From assembly GCF_009914755.1 (NCBI RefSeq), contig NC_060943.1: DNA of 64,000 nucleotides. One strand, given 5' to 3'. Below the pieces are notes generated by a model. The model searched no databases, had not been told where the DNA came from, and saw only the letters and a program-made list of their open reading frames with translations. This DNA is from the human T2T-CHM13v2.0 reference genome, Homo sapiens. This document shows positions 26,497-44,539 of this stretch, piece after piece; the stretch's first letter is position 1, and each line of letters begins with the position of its first letter. The position numbers and the translations under genes are program-made.

Positions 26497-27093
26497 TCAC
26501 ATGAGGGTGCATTTGCCCTTGACGCGGTCTGTCCTCTTCTGCTTCCCGGAGCGCTTGCCGTCGATGTTGAGGCTCATGTTCCGGCGCGTCTCCAGCGTCA
26601 GCAGCTCCTGGAAGAGCTCCTTGACGTTGTAGTTCATCTTGGCCGAGGTCTCCATGAAAGCGCACTTCCACTCCTGGGCCACCGCCTGCGCCTCGCGCGT
26701 GTCCACCTCCCGCTGCGTCTCATCGCACTTGTTGCCCACGAGCATCACGGGGATGTCCTCCACGCTGCCCTTGATCTGCACGATGAGCTTGTAGATGGGC
26801 CCCAGCTCCTCCAGCGACTGCTTGCTGGTGACGGAGAACACCAGGATGAAGGCGTGGCCCTTGGAGATGGACAGGCGCTGCATGGCCGGGAACTGGTGGC
26901 TGCCGGTGGTGTCTGTGATCTGCAGCGTGCACACGCTCTTGTCGCAGCTGATCACCTGCCGGTAGGTGTCCTCGATGGTGGGGATGTAGGTGTCGCGGAA
27001 CGTGCCCTTCACGAAGCGCAGCACCAGCGAGCTCTTGCCCACGCCGCCCGCCCCGAACACCACCACGCGGTAATCGTTACTCTGTTCCGGCAT
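26497..27093 (-). CDS. DIRAS1: DIRAS family GTPase 1 (Di-Ras1/Rig), 198 aa
   Basis: [21 protein letters not shown] (G1), YIPTIEDTY effector loop, DTTGSHQ (divergent G3), NKCD (G4), ETSAK (G5), C-terminal CAAX CTLM. Confidence 0.99.
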   Translation of the reverse strand: MPEQSNDYRVVVFGAGGVGKSSLVLRFVKGTFRDTYIPTIEDTYRQVISCDKSVCTLQITDTTGSHQFPAMQRLSISKGHAFILVFSVTSKQSLEELGPIYKLIVQIKGSVEDIPVMLVGNKCDETQREVDTREAQAVAQEWKCAFMETSAKMNYNVKELFQELLTLETRRNMSLNIDGKRSGKQKRTDRVKGKCTLM

Positions 27094-27162
27094 CTTCCCC
27101 GCGGCGGGTGGGCGGCCGGGGCCGGGAGGGCTGGTGCCAGCTGCAAGAACCCCAGACCGAGC
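27094..27162 (-). other. DIRAS1: 5' UTR part of DIRAS1 exon 2 (69 nt), acceptor CTCCTCTCCGCACAG|GCT
   Basis: Pyrimidine tract plus CAG ending at 27163; a weaker alternative AG lies near 27140. Confidence 0.8.
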
Positions 27163-27799
27163 CTGTGCGGAGAGGAGGGTCACACGTCAAAGGCCACCCA
27201 GGCTTGAGGGGACAGCCCCACGCCCCGGGGAGGGAGGAGGACATGGCGGCTTCTCAGAGGAGGTGGCTGCCGTGCCTCCTGCCTCCTGAAAAGGCCCATT
27301 TGCTTGTGGCTGACTTTGCAGTTCTGTCCCACAGGCGGGCGCACAGCCAACACCCTTTGCTTACTTCTCCCTAACAAAATCTGGGGCCTGAGCTTCCCCG
27401 GGGGACGCTGAGCTAGGAGAGGCGTGGGAGACGCCGGGATGCCCACGAAACTCCTTCCCCGGGTGTGGGTGTCCCTTCCAGGCTGTGCCAGCTTCCCCCT
27501 CTCTTCCCAGTGTGGCAGGGGCCCCTGGAAGCTAGCAGGCCTGGCTTCCACCTCTCGCTCCACACCTGCCTGGCTCTGAGACCTTGCCGAGCCATCATGC
27601 CACCCTGAGCCTGTTTGGTGGCTCAAACGGTGCCCGTCTCCAACAACCATGGGTCCCCTGCTCTTCCGCCAACCCAGAGATGGCTAATCCTCATGGAAGC
27701 CGCACATGGTCGGGTGTTTAAGATGCATATGTCAGGGCCGCAGCCCTAGGTGTGATGAATCGGTCGGCCAGGGCAACGGCCCTGGGAACTCGTATTTTA

Positions 27800-28444
<645 letters not shown>

Positions 28445-29899
28445 TAAATGGGATCCTGAGGCTGGGAATCTGAGAACCACAATTTGCAAATCAGGGCACT
28501 GATTCCCAATAGCCGCCCCAGGGAGGAAGGGTCTTGCAGCCCAGGTGGGACACAAAAATACAAAATCCAGAAGCTGAACGGGAAAATCGCCACTCCCTAA
28601 ACTCTAAAATCAAACTATGGCCTGGTGTGCCCTAGCCCCTCCCGTTCAGGTCTGACGGATCCTTAGAATAGCACTTCCTGGGAGGGGCACCTCTTAGCCC
28701 CTCTCTTCCTTCTTGGGCTCAGAGAGGTCCAGCAGCCTGAGGAGGTCACACAGCACAGCAGATCCTGAAATGATGGAGGTGGGGGAAGAACGCTGGGGGG
28801 AGGGCGGGTGGCTTATCTCCAGAATTGATGTCCTCCCCTCCCCTTCCTCCTTCCAGGCTCTGGGGCAGCGGTGGGGGGCGGGGGAGGGGTGTTCCCCAGC
28901 AAGGTGGTCTACAGTGGGAGAGGAGGAGGAACCAGTTTCTACCTGCTGCACTGGGGGTGGGGGTGTGTTTATGGGGAGGGTCCAGAGGTTCCCCGGGGGT
29001 CAGTGGTTTGAACCTAAACAGGCAAATTCAAGTCCCTAAGCCTCCGTTTTCTCTTCTGTGAAATGCGAGCCACTGTTGGGGCAAGTAAGGTGACAAGGTG
29101 GAGAAAGGCCCTAGGCAGTGCCCTGTACAGCGGAGACCCCGATCACAATTGTGATCACAGTCACAAGGGCTCGGGGCCGGTGGGCAGGGCACTTGGCTGT
29201 GCCTGTTGGTTGCAAAGGCACCTTCTGGATTATCAAGGGTAACAGATTTGCCAGGAAAAGAAAAGAGGCTGATGAAAGCGCCAGCTGACACAGTCCCCAG
29301 TTGTGATGAGCCAGGCAAACTTCTGGGCGCCTCGGCAATGCCAACTCATGTGATTGGCTGCCGGGTTTGTGGACTACATGCATAGTAATTTCTCGGCATT
29401 CGGAGGAGGCTGGGGGTGCTGGTGGTGGGGGGGAGGCGGCCTGTGCTGCAGACCCTGCCCTTTCCTGGGTGGGCGCCCTGAGAGGCGGGCACGCTGCTGT
29501 GCAGAAAGACGCCACCAAGACCGGCCTGGGGTCCTAATGGCCATGGGTTCTGTGGACCCAGATCCAGCCCTTGCCTTGCTGCGGGCACTGAAGCTCCAGC
29601 CCCCATGAGCAGTACTGTCCTCCCCGCTGGGTCTGGAATCCCTGACCAGAAAGGCGCTTGCACTCAACAGCCCCGAAGCCCACGCCACTTCCCACCTCCA
29701 CCGCCTGGGGGGTGCGGGTGGAGGGAGGGGGTCGTGGGCACCGAGGCAGGAGCAGGAGGGGCTGGCTCAAGGTCACAGAGCAGGGGGGTGGAGGCGCACA
29801 GCGGGGCTGGAAGCCCACCCTGCTTGGCTAGACTCCTGGGGTTTCCCGCCTGTGCGGGGCAGCCCACCCCCAGACGTCCAGGCAGGGCCAATCTACCCC

Positions 29900-31100
29900 A
29901 GCCCTGGGTCCCTGAAGCCCGGCTCCCGGCCGGGCACGGCGTGGTTGGTGGGGGCGGGGGTGTCAAAGCAAAGCTCAGGGTCAGGAAAGCAGAGAGAGCC
30001 GCGACCCAGGGGTCTAGCGGGGGTCACGCCTGACCAAGGGTGGGGCGGGGGTCTGACCCAGGGCCGCCTGGCCGGTGAGGGGTTTGATGGAGAAAGGGCC
30101 TGCTCTAGGGGGCCCGAGGGCGCAGAGGCACAGTGCGGGGCCAGCCCAGGGGCGACCCTTGACTCAGGAGGACCTCAGTGGTGGAGAGGAGGAGCCCACC
30201 CCGGGGAGGGGGCGCGGAGGGAGGGGCTTGGCTGGGCAGCGGGGCGGAGGGCGAAGAAGGCGGCTGCAGGAGGGAGGAGGCCCTGCCCGAGGGGACCAAT
30301 GCGGAGAGGGGCGGCGGGGTGGGCCTCGGTGGGGCGGGCTCGGCAGGGGGGCGCCCTCCGGGTGGGGGAGGGGAGGCGGCCGGGAGCTGTCCAAGGTGAG
30401 CGCGGAGGGGCCGGCCGGGCCCGGCGGGAAGGGACGGGGGACGCCCGGCGAGGGGCCCCGGAGCCACGCGGGGAAGGGCCCGGCCCCAAGGCCCGGGAGG
30501 CTGGGGCCGGGACAAAGGAGGGACGCGCGGCGGGGAGGACGGCCGGCTGGGGGCTGCGCAGGGACCCCCTCCCCGCCCCGGGCCGCCTACCTGGGCCCGC
30601 TGGTCCCTGCGGCGCCGCGGCCGCTGCTCCTGCCCGCTCCGGTGTCCGCTGGCGCCGCCGCCCCCCGCCCGCCCGAGCCGCCGCAGTCGCGCCCGCGCCG
30701 TCCCCGCCCGCCGGGCCCCGCGCTCCGCCCCGCCCCGCCCCGCCCCGCCCCGCCCCGGGGACCCGCGCCCACGGGGCCGGCGCGCCGCCCGGCCAAGGTC
30801 ACCGCCGCCCCACGCGGGACCCCTGCCCGCGCCCGGGGTGGGAGAGGTCGCCAGGATCCGGGACCCCCGCCCTGCCACGTAGCCACCTGCGCGCGCCCTC
30901 CCTCGGGGTGGGAGCTGGGGCCGCTTCCCGGGGAACCCCGAGTGGGGGCCAGGAGCCCGGCTTGGGAGGAGCAGAGTCCAGCCGGGGGTGGAGGGCTTTG
31001 GCAGAAATGCGGATAAAGGGGGTGCAGAACGGGACCCCTGAGGCCGGCTGGGGCCCGGTCACACGCAGGGCGGGGAATCAGAGGGGTGCGTTGTGAAATG
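29900..31100 (-). promoter_or_regulatory. DIRAS1: DIRAS1 CpG-island promoter with a (GGGGC)6 GC-box/G4 array at ~30727-30756
   Basis: Extreme GC/CpG content; tandem CCCCG repeats. Confidence 0.85.
30591..30690 (-). other. DIRAS1: DIRAS1 non-coding exon 1 (5' end approximate)
   Basis: Donor GGCCCAG|GTAGGC at 30591/30590 within a CpG island. Confidence 0.8.
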
Positions 31101-32299
31101 AGTAAGTCGATAATCAACAATCAATGAACAGGTTTAGAAGCGGGCAGAGGCGGGAGGGTTCAGGTCAATGGGGTGCACCTGGAGGCCCACCCATCCCAGG
31201 GGCCTGGGCAGGGGCGGGATGGGGGCAGAAGCGGACTCAGCGCTCTGTAGGGCTGGTTTTGTGGAGGCGGAGGCAGCCCATGGCAGTCAGGCCTAGGGAG
31301 GTGGGGGGTGAGCAAAGGGGGCTGGCGCTGCTCTGCAGCGGATGGGTTTGCCGTTTTCGGTTAGGAAAATGTTTGTGTTCCCCCAACAGGAGGTGTCTTA
31401 GGGGAGCACTGGCTTTTCTGATGCGTCTGTGTGTCCACAAGAGACCATGGTTCCGCCTCCATTTTGGAGACCGGGAGGCCGAGGTTCCTTTTGGCCTCAT
31501 CGGGCAGATCCCAGAGGAGACTGGACTTTGGGGTCTAGTGACCAGGCCAGAAGGTGCTCTCAGGGGTGGGTGCGGGACAGTCCCAGGCCGCAAGGCTGTC
31601 AGAGGAAGGCGCCCCTTGGTGGAGAGGCCAACTCTGGGACCCACAGGGGTCTCTCCAGAGTCAGAGCCATCAGTGGGTGAGAGGCCGGTCTGGAAGGTGG
31701 TGAGCTCCCCATCACCAGGCCTGTGAGCAGGTGAACCCCTTGGGCCCTCAGCTCCTGGGGTTCTCCATGACCCACCATTTCCATGGCCCTGGATGAGGTG
31801 GGCCCATCTGCCTCTGCGGAGACTTGGCACTGCCTCCAAGACCACTCAGTCCCCTCTCCTGTTGCCACTGAGGCTGGGGCACTGAGGTTCAAGCGGCTTT
31901 GGGGCTCAAGGAGCTCTATTTCTCCCTGATTTGACCCCACTCCCCCTCCTGGCCTCCAGACCCCTTCCTCCAGCCCTCCTTCCACTCTGCCACTCAATGC
32001 TCCAACTGCAACATGGGCCTCCCCTGCTCTAACGCCACCCATGGCTCCCTTCTCCCAGGCCAAGGTCCAGCTTCTCAGCCTGGCATCCATGGCCCGGCCT
32101 GAGTGCTCCTGGCGTGCACCTCCCTCCCACCCTGACCCCAGCCCTGCGGGAGCACCTCAGAGCATGGCCCGGCCCCTGACCCTCATCTGGGGGTGCCCTC
32201 AGCAGGAGATGGAGACAGCCCTGAGGGCAGACAAATCCCAGCTTCTGCTCTACATGGCTGCCTGCAGGGAAGTGCCTTCTCAAGCATCGGTTCCCCCAT

Positions 32300-32585
32300 C
32301 TGTGAGTGACGTCACTGTTGCCCGCCTGTAGGGTTGCTGGGAACACATGGGCAGGGCGCCCACCTACACGGGGCTGCTGGGCACCCAAGCACTCAGACGG
32401 CAGCCCTGCCCCTTCCCAGTCCGCCTGCCTGCCTTCGTCTCCTGAGTGACCCACCAGCGTGGGGCAGGGCGTCGGGCCGGCTCCCTGTCTCCTCCGGGCA
32501 CCAGCTCAGGCCGGGGCAGGCTGACTCATGCGTAGGAGAGTGGGCAGGGCGGTAACTCCACGCTGCGGCTGCTATTTATAGCTCC
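32300..32585. promoter_or_regulatory. Candidate enhancer: CRE (32307-32314), AP-1 (32522-32528), MEF2 (32572-32581)
   Basis: Perfect TGACGTCA, TGACTCA and CTATTTATAG in unique sequence. Confidence 0.55.
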
Positions 32586-33694
32586 CAGGCCAGGCTGTGG
32601 GCCGCGTGAGCCGGCGAGGCCAGGCCCTGTTCCCCTCCTCGCTGTCCCTGAGGAACGGGGTCTCCACACATGGCCCGCGGTGCCCAGGCCACAGATGGCA
32701 GTGAGCTCTTCCGAGCACCCAAACTAGGACAGCAGGAGCTTCTCCCCCATGGTGGGCCGGGGAGCAGAGGGTTCCGCCTGGCCTTTGTGAGTGGGGGTGG
32801 GTGGGCGCCCCAGCTCTGCCTCTCCATGGAAAGGTCCGTGATCCAAATCTCAGGGGCCAGGGCACTTGCACACTGGGGCACTGAGCAAGCCGGGGCTGGC
32901 ACTGGAGTTTCCTGGGTTCCCTGCTGCCTCTCATACCCGAGTCCCTCTTTGGAGAGTCCCTCGGCATCCTGAGAGGCACAGAGGTGGGCGAGGAGGACTG
33001 AGGCCGGCTGCATCTTTGCCAAAGAGAAGAGGACCTGTCAACCTCTCCAGCTCGCGAGCTGGGCAGGATCCACAGGCGTCCACGTTGAGTCCCCAGGGTG
33101 AAACCCACCGGGGCAGTCTGCATGGGTCCTGCAAACACAAAGTGCCAGTGTAGTGGGTGCTGGGCCCTCAGCAGTCTGTACAAGGCCACTGTCCCTGCTC
33201 CCATCTGGAAACTGCTGCTCAGAGAAGGGAAGCGGCTCGCCCACGGTGGCCTAGTGGGAAAGAGGTCGGTCCGGATCCATCAGGCTCTGAAGCCATAGCC
33301 CAGCCTGCTGGGGATAGACGGCCACCCCCTTGTGATCCTCTTGCCCTGTCCCTGGCTATCTGCAGTCTTGTCCTGGGGACACTCGGCCGGTCCTGCCTTA
33401 CAGATCTCCTTTCAGCAGAACAGCAAGGGACGGCGTTCATCTGCAATGTCCAGCTCCTCCCCCGGCCCTGCAGCTCCACGACCGCTCTCCTCACCCTGCT
33501 GCCCTGACCAGGGCCACGTGGGCCTCACTGAGCCCCGGCTAGCCTTTGGAGAGGAGGGCAGTGGGGTCCGGCCTCAGCTCTCTTCAGTGGTCTCTGGACC
33601 ATGTGGGCAAAGCCGAGGTTGCACATCCTGGCCTCAGGGGGCAGAGTCACCCCAGGGGCTCAGCCACACAGTTGCTTTTCAAGTTTAGCATCTG

Positions 33695-33872
33695 TCAATC
33701 AATCAGTCAATCAATCTACCACCTATCTATCTATCATCTATCAATCATCTATCTGTCATCTATCAATTAATCTATCAATCATCATTTATTAATCATTTAC
33801 CTATTATCTATCAATCATCTGTCACCTGTTCATCTATTATCTATTAATCATCTACTTATCTATCTATCTATC
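33695..33872. repeat. Degenerate (TATC/TCAA)n microsatellite
   Basis: Direct reading. Confidence 0.9.
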
Positions 33873-34920
<1,048 letters not shown>

Positions 34921-35162
34921 GCATCAATATTTTAAAATACAGAGACCATTTGTCAAAAACCAGTTTGCCTTCAAAGATGAACAGGCTGACATCCCCAAGC
35001 CCATTTCTTTTTCGTTTGTTTGTTTGTTTTTGCCCTTTGGCATCTGCAGAGCTGCTCGCCGCTGCTCCCCCAGCCCCCAGGCCACCATGGAAGACCCACG
35101 CCTCACGCTGCCTGGCCCCTAGAGTCAGCATTGGGTTCCTCTCTAACATCAGGGGGCTATGA

Positions 35163-39235
<4,073 letters not shown>

Positions 39236-40034
39236 GTGGTGACAGCCGACCAAAAGTGGCTCAAGAGACATCCTTCTGCCTTAGGGTCCCGCTGGCCCCA
39301 GGAAAGCTCCTTTCGTGCCTCCTGAGGACTCTGGGACGGAGAGGTCTGGAGGCCACAGCCAGCTCGCCCCCGCCCCCGCCTACGTCCTGCTTTCTGGCCG
39401 CTGCCTCTGGTCTGCTGCAGTCAAAGGAGCAGGGCCAGCCCTGAGCTCCCACCCAGCGCCAGTGGGGGACAACGTGGTGTCAGAGGCTCCTCTAGAGGGA
39501 AGGCGAAGAAGCCGCTTGGGATCCTTGGGGTGGGGTGGCTGGGCCTGCAGGGGTCGACAGCTTGGGTCCCTCGGGCCACCCTGGGGAGCTGATGGCTGGT
39601 GGAGGGTAGGGCCCCACTTTGTGCTTCCTGCTGTGATGGGCGAAGGTGGATGGGGATCCCTGGAGCAGCCGGTGCTCCGCCCCATGTGGGCTCCTGCGGG
39701 ATTCGGGGGACAGGGACTCTGAGCCTTCCCATGTGGGGGGCCTGGATGTCTCTATCCCCTGGCAGTCACGAAAACTCAAGCCACATCCCCCACCAGTGCA
39801 GGGACCCAGTGGCTTCACAACCCACCCACCTGGGATAAAGGACAAATGGCCCAGGTGGGGTGAAGCCAGGGGAGGGACGGGCAGAACCACGTCAGGTTCA
39901 GGACACTGCGAAGCTCCTATACCCCTGGGGCCAGGGCCAGGCTGCACAGGGTTCAGAGATGGATCCCCGGTAAGAGGTTCAGACACAGGTTCCCAGAACA
40001 GGCCCCAAGCTTCCAACAGCAGTGGGGTAAGGAC

Positions 40035-40500
40035 CTCCTGGAGTGGAAGTTGGGGGGTCTCAGGAGCAGAGGCTGAACCCCGGGTTACTTATAGACCCCC
40101 TAAAGTGGAAGTTGGGGGGTCTCAGGAGCAGGGGCTGAACCCCAGGTTACTTACAGACCCCCTGGAGTGGAAGTTGGGGGGTCTCAGGAGCAGAGGTGGA
40201 ACCCTGGGTTACGTACCGACCTCCTGGAGTGGAAGTTGGGGGGGGTCTCAGGAGCAGAGGCTGAACCCCAGGTTACTTACAGACCCCCTGAAGTGGAAGT
40301 TGGCGGGGGGTCTCAGGAGCAGAGGCTGAACCCCAGGGTACTTACAGACCCCCTGGAGTGGAAGTTGGGGGGTCTCAGGAGCAGAGGCTGAACCCCGGGT
40401 TACGTACCAACCCCCTGGAGTGGAAGTTGGGGGGGGGTCTCAGGAGCAGAGGTGGAACCCCGGGTTACGTACCGACCCCCTGGAGTGGAAGTTACTTACA
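40035..40500. repeat. ~61-65-bp VNTR, ~7.5 copies (CCCCTGGAGTGGAAGTTG(n)TCTCAGGAGCAGAGGCTGAACCCCAGGTTACTTACAGA)
   Basis: GTGGAAGTT recurs eight times; the G-run length varies. Confidence 0.95.
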
Positions 40501-41809
40501 GGGGCTGTGTGACTACTCCGGCCTCCTGGGACCCCCATGGCAATGCTCCAGGCAGCCACCGCCCTCTCGAGGTCGTCCCTTCCTGTGACTGGCACCTGGG
40601 AGCTGAGCTGGCTGCAGCAGGGCCACCGGCCGGGACACCCCACAGAGCAGTCACTGGCTGGCCCTGGAGCTCCCCATCTGACTAGATTGATGGACTGATG
40701 GATAGGAGGCCCCGCCAGGCCCAAGCCCACAGGCCAGATGGGCACCTCTCCGTGCAGCCCCCCCCAGTCAGCCTTGTGGGTAGGTGTAGGGAGGCGTGGT
40801 GGCGAGGCAGGGCACGGGATGGGAGAAGGGTACCTGGGGCCTGGCACTCAAAGATGAGTGACGAGGTGGGAGGTGGGGACAGCCAGAGGCCCTCACAGCC
40901 CTGATGGGGCTGGAAGACGCCAAGGCCCAGAGATGGGGTCCGGGGCTCCAGGTCAGATCAAGGAAAAACCCAGCCCAGGCGGGCATGCCCGGCTCCCTTC
41001 CGCGGCGCCACAGCGGCTTCGAGCCAGGCAGAGCAAAATCCCCGAGGAAAGGCGTCCCTCCCCAGCTCTCACCTCCCCAGACCCGGCAGGGTTGCCGGGA
41101 CGACGGCTCAGGCCTTCCGGAGGTTGCCACAGAGCCAGGAGCCCAGGGCTGCCCCAGCCCACGCCCGGCTGCTCGTCCCCCGTGCTCCTGCCCTCTCGGG
41201 AGCAGCGTCCCTGTGTCCACGGGAGGGATCGCACCGCGGGGCCCCTGCCCCACCGCTAGTGGGGTCCATCTTCCTCTGGAGACCCCGGTGTGTGTAAGCA
41301 GAGCTGAGGACTGATCTTTAAGCTGCCTCCTGGCCCTGCTCGTGAGTCTCAGGAAACTGTGACACTCACCTGGCCCGGGGGTCCTGGCCCAGGGGTCCCC
41401 GCTCCAGGAGCCACCCAGCAAAGGGAAAAGGAGAGGGCACTCCTGAGGGTACATGGCCCACTCACAGGGGGTACAGCCTTGTGTGGCAGGAGGGACGGAG
41501 CCCGGCTGTCCCATCGCAGTGACTCCAACCTCTAATAAGCCTCAAGACACTCGGGGCTCGGGCGGCGAGATCCTGGCAACAGAGTAGGGTAGACGTTGGG
41601 GCCTCAGGGCCCCCAGCTGGCTCCTGAGGCACAGGCGGCGCGGCCCTCACTCTGGCCACAGCAGCCAAATGCTCCCGTCCTTATTCACAGGCTGGGGGTG
41701 TGCGGCAGGGAGAGGAGGGTCCTGACCGATCTCACCGGGACCCAGGTCCTGGCCCTCCCGCCCGTGGGTTGCCACACCCCACGGCCCGAGGTTGACATGG
41801 CCACACAGC

Positions 41810-42036
41810 TTTGGTAAAGACTTTTAAGAGAAAGAAGTATTTTAAAAAGTAGCAGTGCTCTGAGGCTCAGGGTGTAGGATCGGGGGCACAGCCTGGTCCC
41901 GGGAGGCCCCTTGTGCACAGGTGGTGGCCCAGGGCCACAGTGCTCGCTCTTGGGGGACGCGCGGCCGGGGGACGCGGCCTGTGTCCGGCCCGGGGCTCCC
42001 GGCGGGCTCCGGCGGCAGGGACAATGGCGAGGCCGC
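41810..42036 (-). other. SLC39A3: SLC39A3 3' UTR (end approximate; only variant hexamers TTTAAA/CTTAAA near 41822-41846)
   Basis: The only AT-rich patch downstream of the stop codon; no AATAAA/ATTAAA seen. Confidence 0.5.
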
Positions 42037-42771
42037 TCACCACTTGAGGAAGACCATCCCGGCCAGGACGGTGTAGCCCAGCACCAGGAAGAGGACCTTG
42101 AGCAGACGGTCACTCTTCTCCTCCAGCTCCTTGGCCAGGATCTCCAGGAAGGTGATGAAGAGGAAGGTGCCGCCCGCCAGGCCCTGCAGCAGCACGGACG
42201 CCACGCTGCCCGGCACGCCCTGGGCGCTCTCAATGCCCAGGCCCAGGCCGATGCCCAGGGGGATCATGGCGCTTACGGTGACCGCCAGCTTGGCCGCGTC
42301 CCGCAGGGGCATGGCACTCCGGGCCATGCTGATGCCCAGGGCCACGGCCACCAGTGTCTCGTGGACGGCCACCCCCACGAACAGGCTCACCACTTTCTCC
42401 CCCTCCTCCTGCAGGCCCAGGGCCAGGCCCTCAAAGACCGAGTGGGCCGACAGCGCGAAGGCCAGGCTGAGCAGGCGCACGGGGCTGGCGCGCGAGAGGC
42501 CCTGCACGCTCAGGCTGGGGCCGTGGCCGTGGGGCTCCACGTACAGCGCGTGGCCCCGCGCGCCCCCCATGAAGGGGCTCTCATACTCCGAGTCGCTGCC
42601 CACGTCCGATCCGGCGTTGAAGGTCTCCAGGTCGATGAAGGACGGCTTCTCCTTGCGGAAGGTCAGGATCAGCTGCTCCAGGAAGACGGTCATGAAGAAG
42701 CCCAGCAGGAGGATGGTTTCGGCCAGCGGGTAGTCGGTGCTGATGTGGCCGAGGCTCAGGACCTTCTGGAG
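42037..42771 (-). CDS. SLC39A3: Zinc transporter ZIP3, last coding exon (aa 71-314)
   Basis: Acceptor CCCGGCTGCAG|CTC; ZIP signatures [14 protein letters not shown] (TM4) and VAVHETLVA (TM5); ends VFLKW*; 735 nt. Confidence 0.98.
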   Translation of the reverse strand, partial: LQKVLSLGHISTDYPLAETILLLGFFMTVFLEQLILTFRKEKPSFIDLETFNAGSDVGSDSEYESPFMGGARGHALYVEPHGHGPSLSVQGLSRASPVRLLSLAFALSAHSVFEGLALGLQEEGEKVVSLFVGVAVHETLVAVALGISMARSAMPLRDAAKLAVTVSAMIPLGIGLGLGIESAQGVPGSVASVLLQGLAGGTFLFITFLEILAKELEEKSDRLLKVLFLVLGYTVLAGMVFLKW

Positions 42772-42881
42772 CTGCAGCCGGGGACACCCGAGAGAGAGAG
42801 AGAGACCCACGCTCAGGGGTGGCGGCGACAGGGCTGGCCAGATGTCACCGTTCAAAGCAAAGTCCAGAAATCCCCGATTCA

Positions 42882-43379
<498 letters not shown>

Positions 43380-43669
43380 TCAGACGGGAGCCGCAGGGCG
43401 TCTGCAAGAGGTACACACTCCTATGGGAGGGACAGCTGCTCACGGGGCGGACACGCAGGCATTAGGCTATGCGCCAGGATGAAATGTCTCATGAAAGGCA
43501 GGCTGTAAACGCCCACAACAGCTCCCTGGAGCCTCGTCACGGCAGGGCCAGAGTTCACAGCCACCCTCCAGAGAGACCTCGAGACCAAAGTGGAGGAAAA
43601 TCACAACACAATCGACACTCAACAATGCCTGCTTCCCTGCTTCCTTCCCAGCGGAGACTTCATTACAAC

Positions 43670-43765
43670 CTGCGCACGTGCACACACACACACACACACG
43701 CATATGTGCACACACGCACGCACACACACGCGCACACGCAGGTGCACACACAAGCACGCGCACAC
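43670..43765. repeat. (CA)n/(CG)-mixed alternating purine-pyrimidine tract
   Basis: Direct reading. Confidence 0.9.
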
Positions 43766-44030
43766 AGTGGTTCTCAACCAGGGCGATTCTGCCCGTGTGG
43801 ACACCTGGCAATGTCTGGAAACATTTTTTATTTTCACAACTCGGGTAGGGGGAAGGTGCTGACATTCGGGGCTGGATTGTTCTCTGGGACGGGGCCGTCC
43901 TGGGCACTGCAGGGTGCTGCTGAGCAGTGTCTCTGGCCTCCACCCACTCCAGGCCAGGAGCACCCCCCATCGTGACAACCACAATGTCCCCAGGCATCGC
44001 CCAGTGTTCCCTGGGGGCAGTTCACGCTGG
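43765..44030. mobile_element. Composite MER20: + strand 5' part (43765-43850) joined to a - strand copy (43855-44030)
   Basis: CAGTGGTTCTCAACCAGGGCGATTCTGCC...GGCAATGTCTGGAAACATTTTT, followed by the reverse-oriented core. Confidence 0.75.
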
Positions 44031-44539
44031 GTGAGCCTCTGCTGCAGCAGAAGGCTGTGTTTCCACGGAGAAGCCACTTAACTCCCTCACTGACCACCGG
44101 CTGGAGGCCTCATGCATGCCTCGCTTGAGGACAAGCTCATGAGGAACTCTAGCTACTCCCAAGAGACAGACGTTGATCAGGAGAGATGAGGCAGATGCAC
44201 GGGAGCTGTGAACCAGGCACCATTTTCCAGGGGTGACTGAGAGCCTGGCCCTGCAGTGGGTGAGGCTGGGGGCTCGGGAGTAGGGACCTCATCCGCCTGA
44301 CCAGCCCGAGGACAGGAGAACGGCGGGAAAGGTTTGGGTGCCATGAGAAGGCCACTGTGATGAGGGGGAGGGAAGAGCAAGCTCCCCGCAGTCGCCCAGG
44401 CCTGCAGTCAGAGGGTGACGGGGGTGACACCATGACCATGGGGGAAAAGGGGGGCTGGCAGTGGCCTCTGCGATGCAGGAGATGTCAGAGATGACCAAGA
44501 TCTCCATCCTCGCAGTGCAGATGTCAGTCTTCACACACC

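Noticed and set aside
27163-27183. Start of the 228-aa DIRAS1 ORF (MTLLSAQ)
   Set aside because: GTG start inside the polypyrimidine tract of the intron
26092-27207. 371-aa + strand ORF overlapping DIRAS1
   Set aside because: Antisense shadow of a GC3-rich CDS; non-ATG start and no recognisable domain
29852-31120. Long G/R/P/A-rich ORFs (414, 313, 257 aa)
   Set aside because: Stop-poor CpG island, open in several frames at once
40035-40500. CRISPR-like regular repeat
   Set aside because: No unique spacers; a eukaryotic minisatellite
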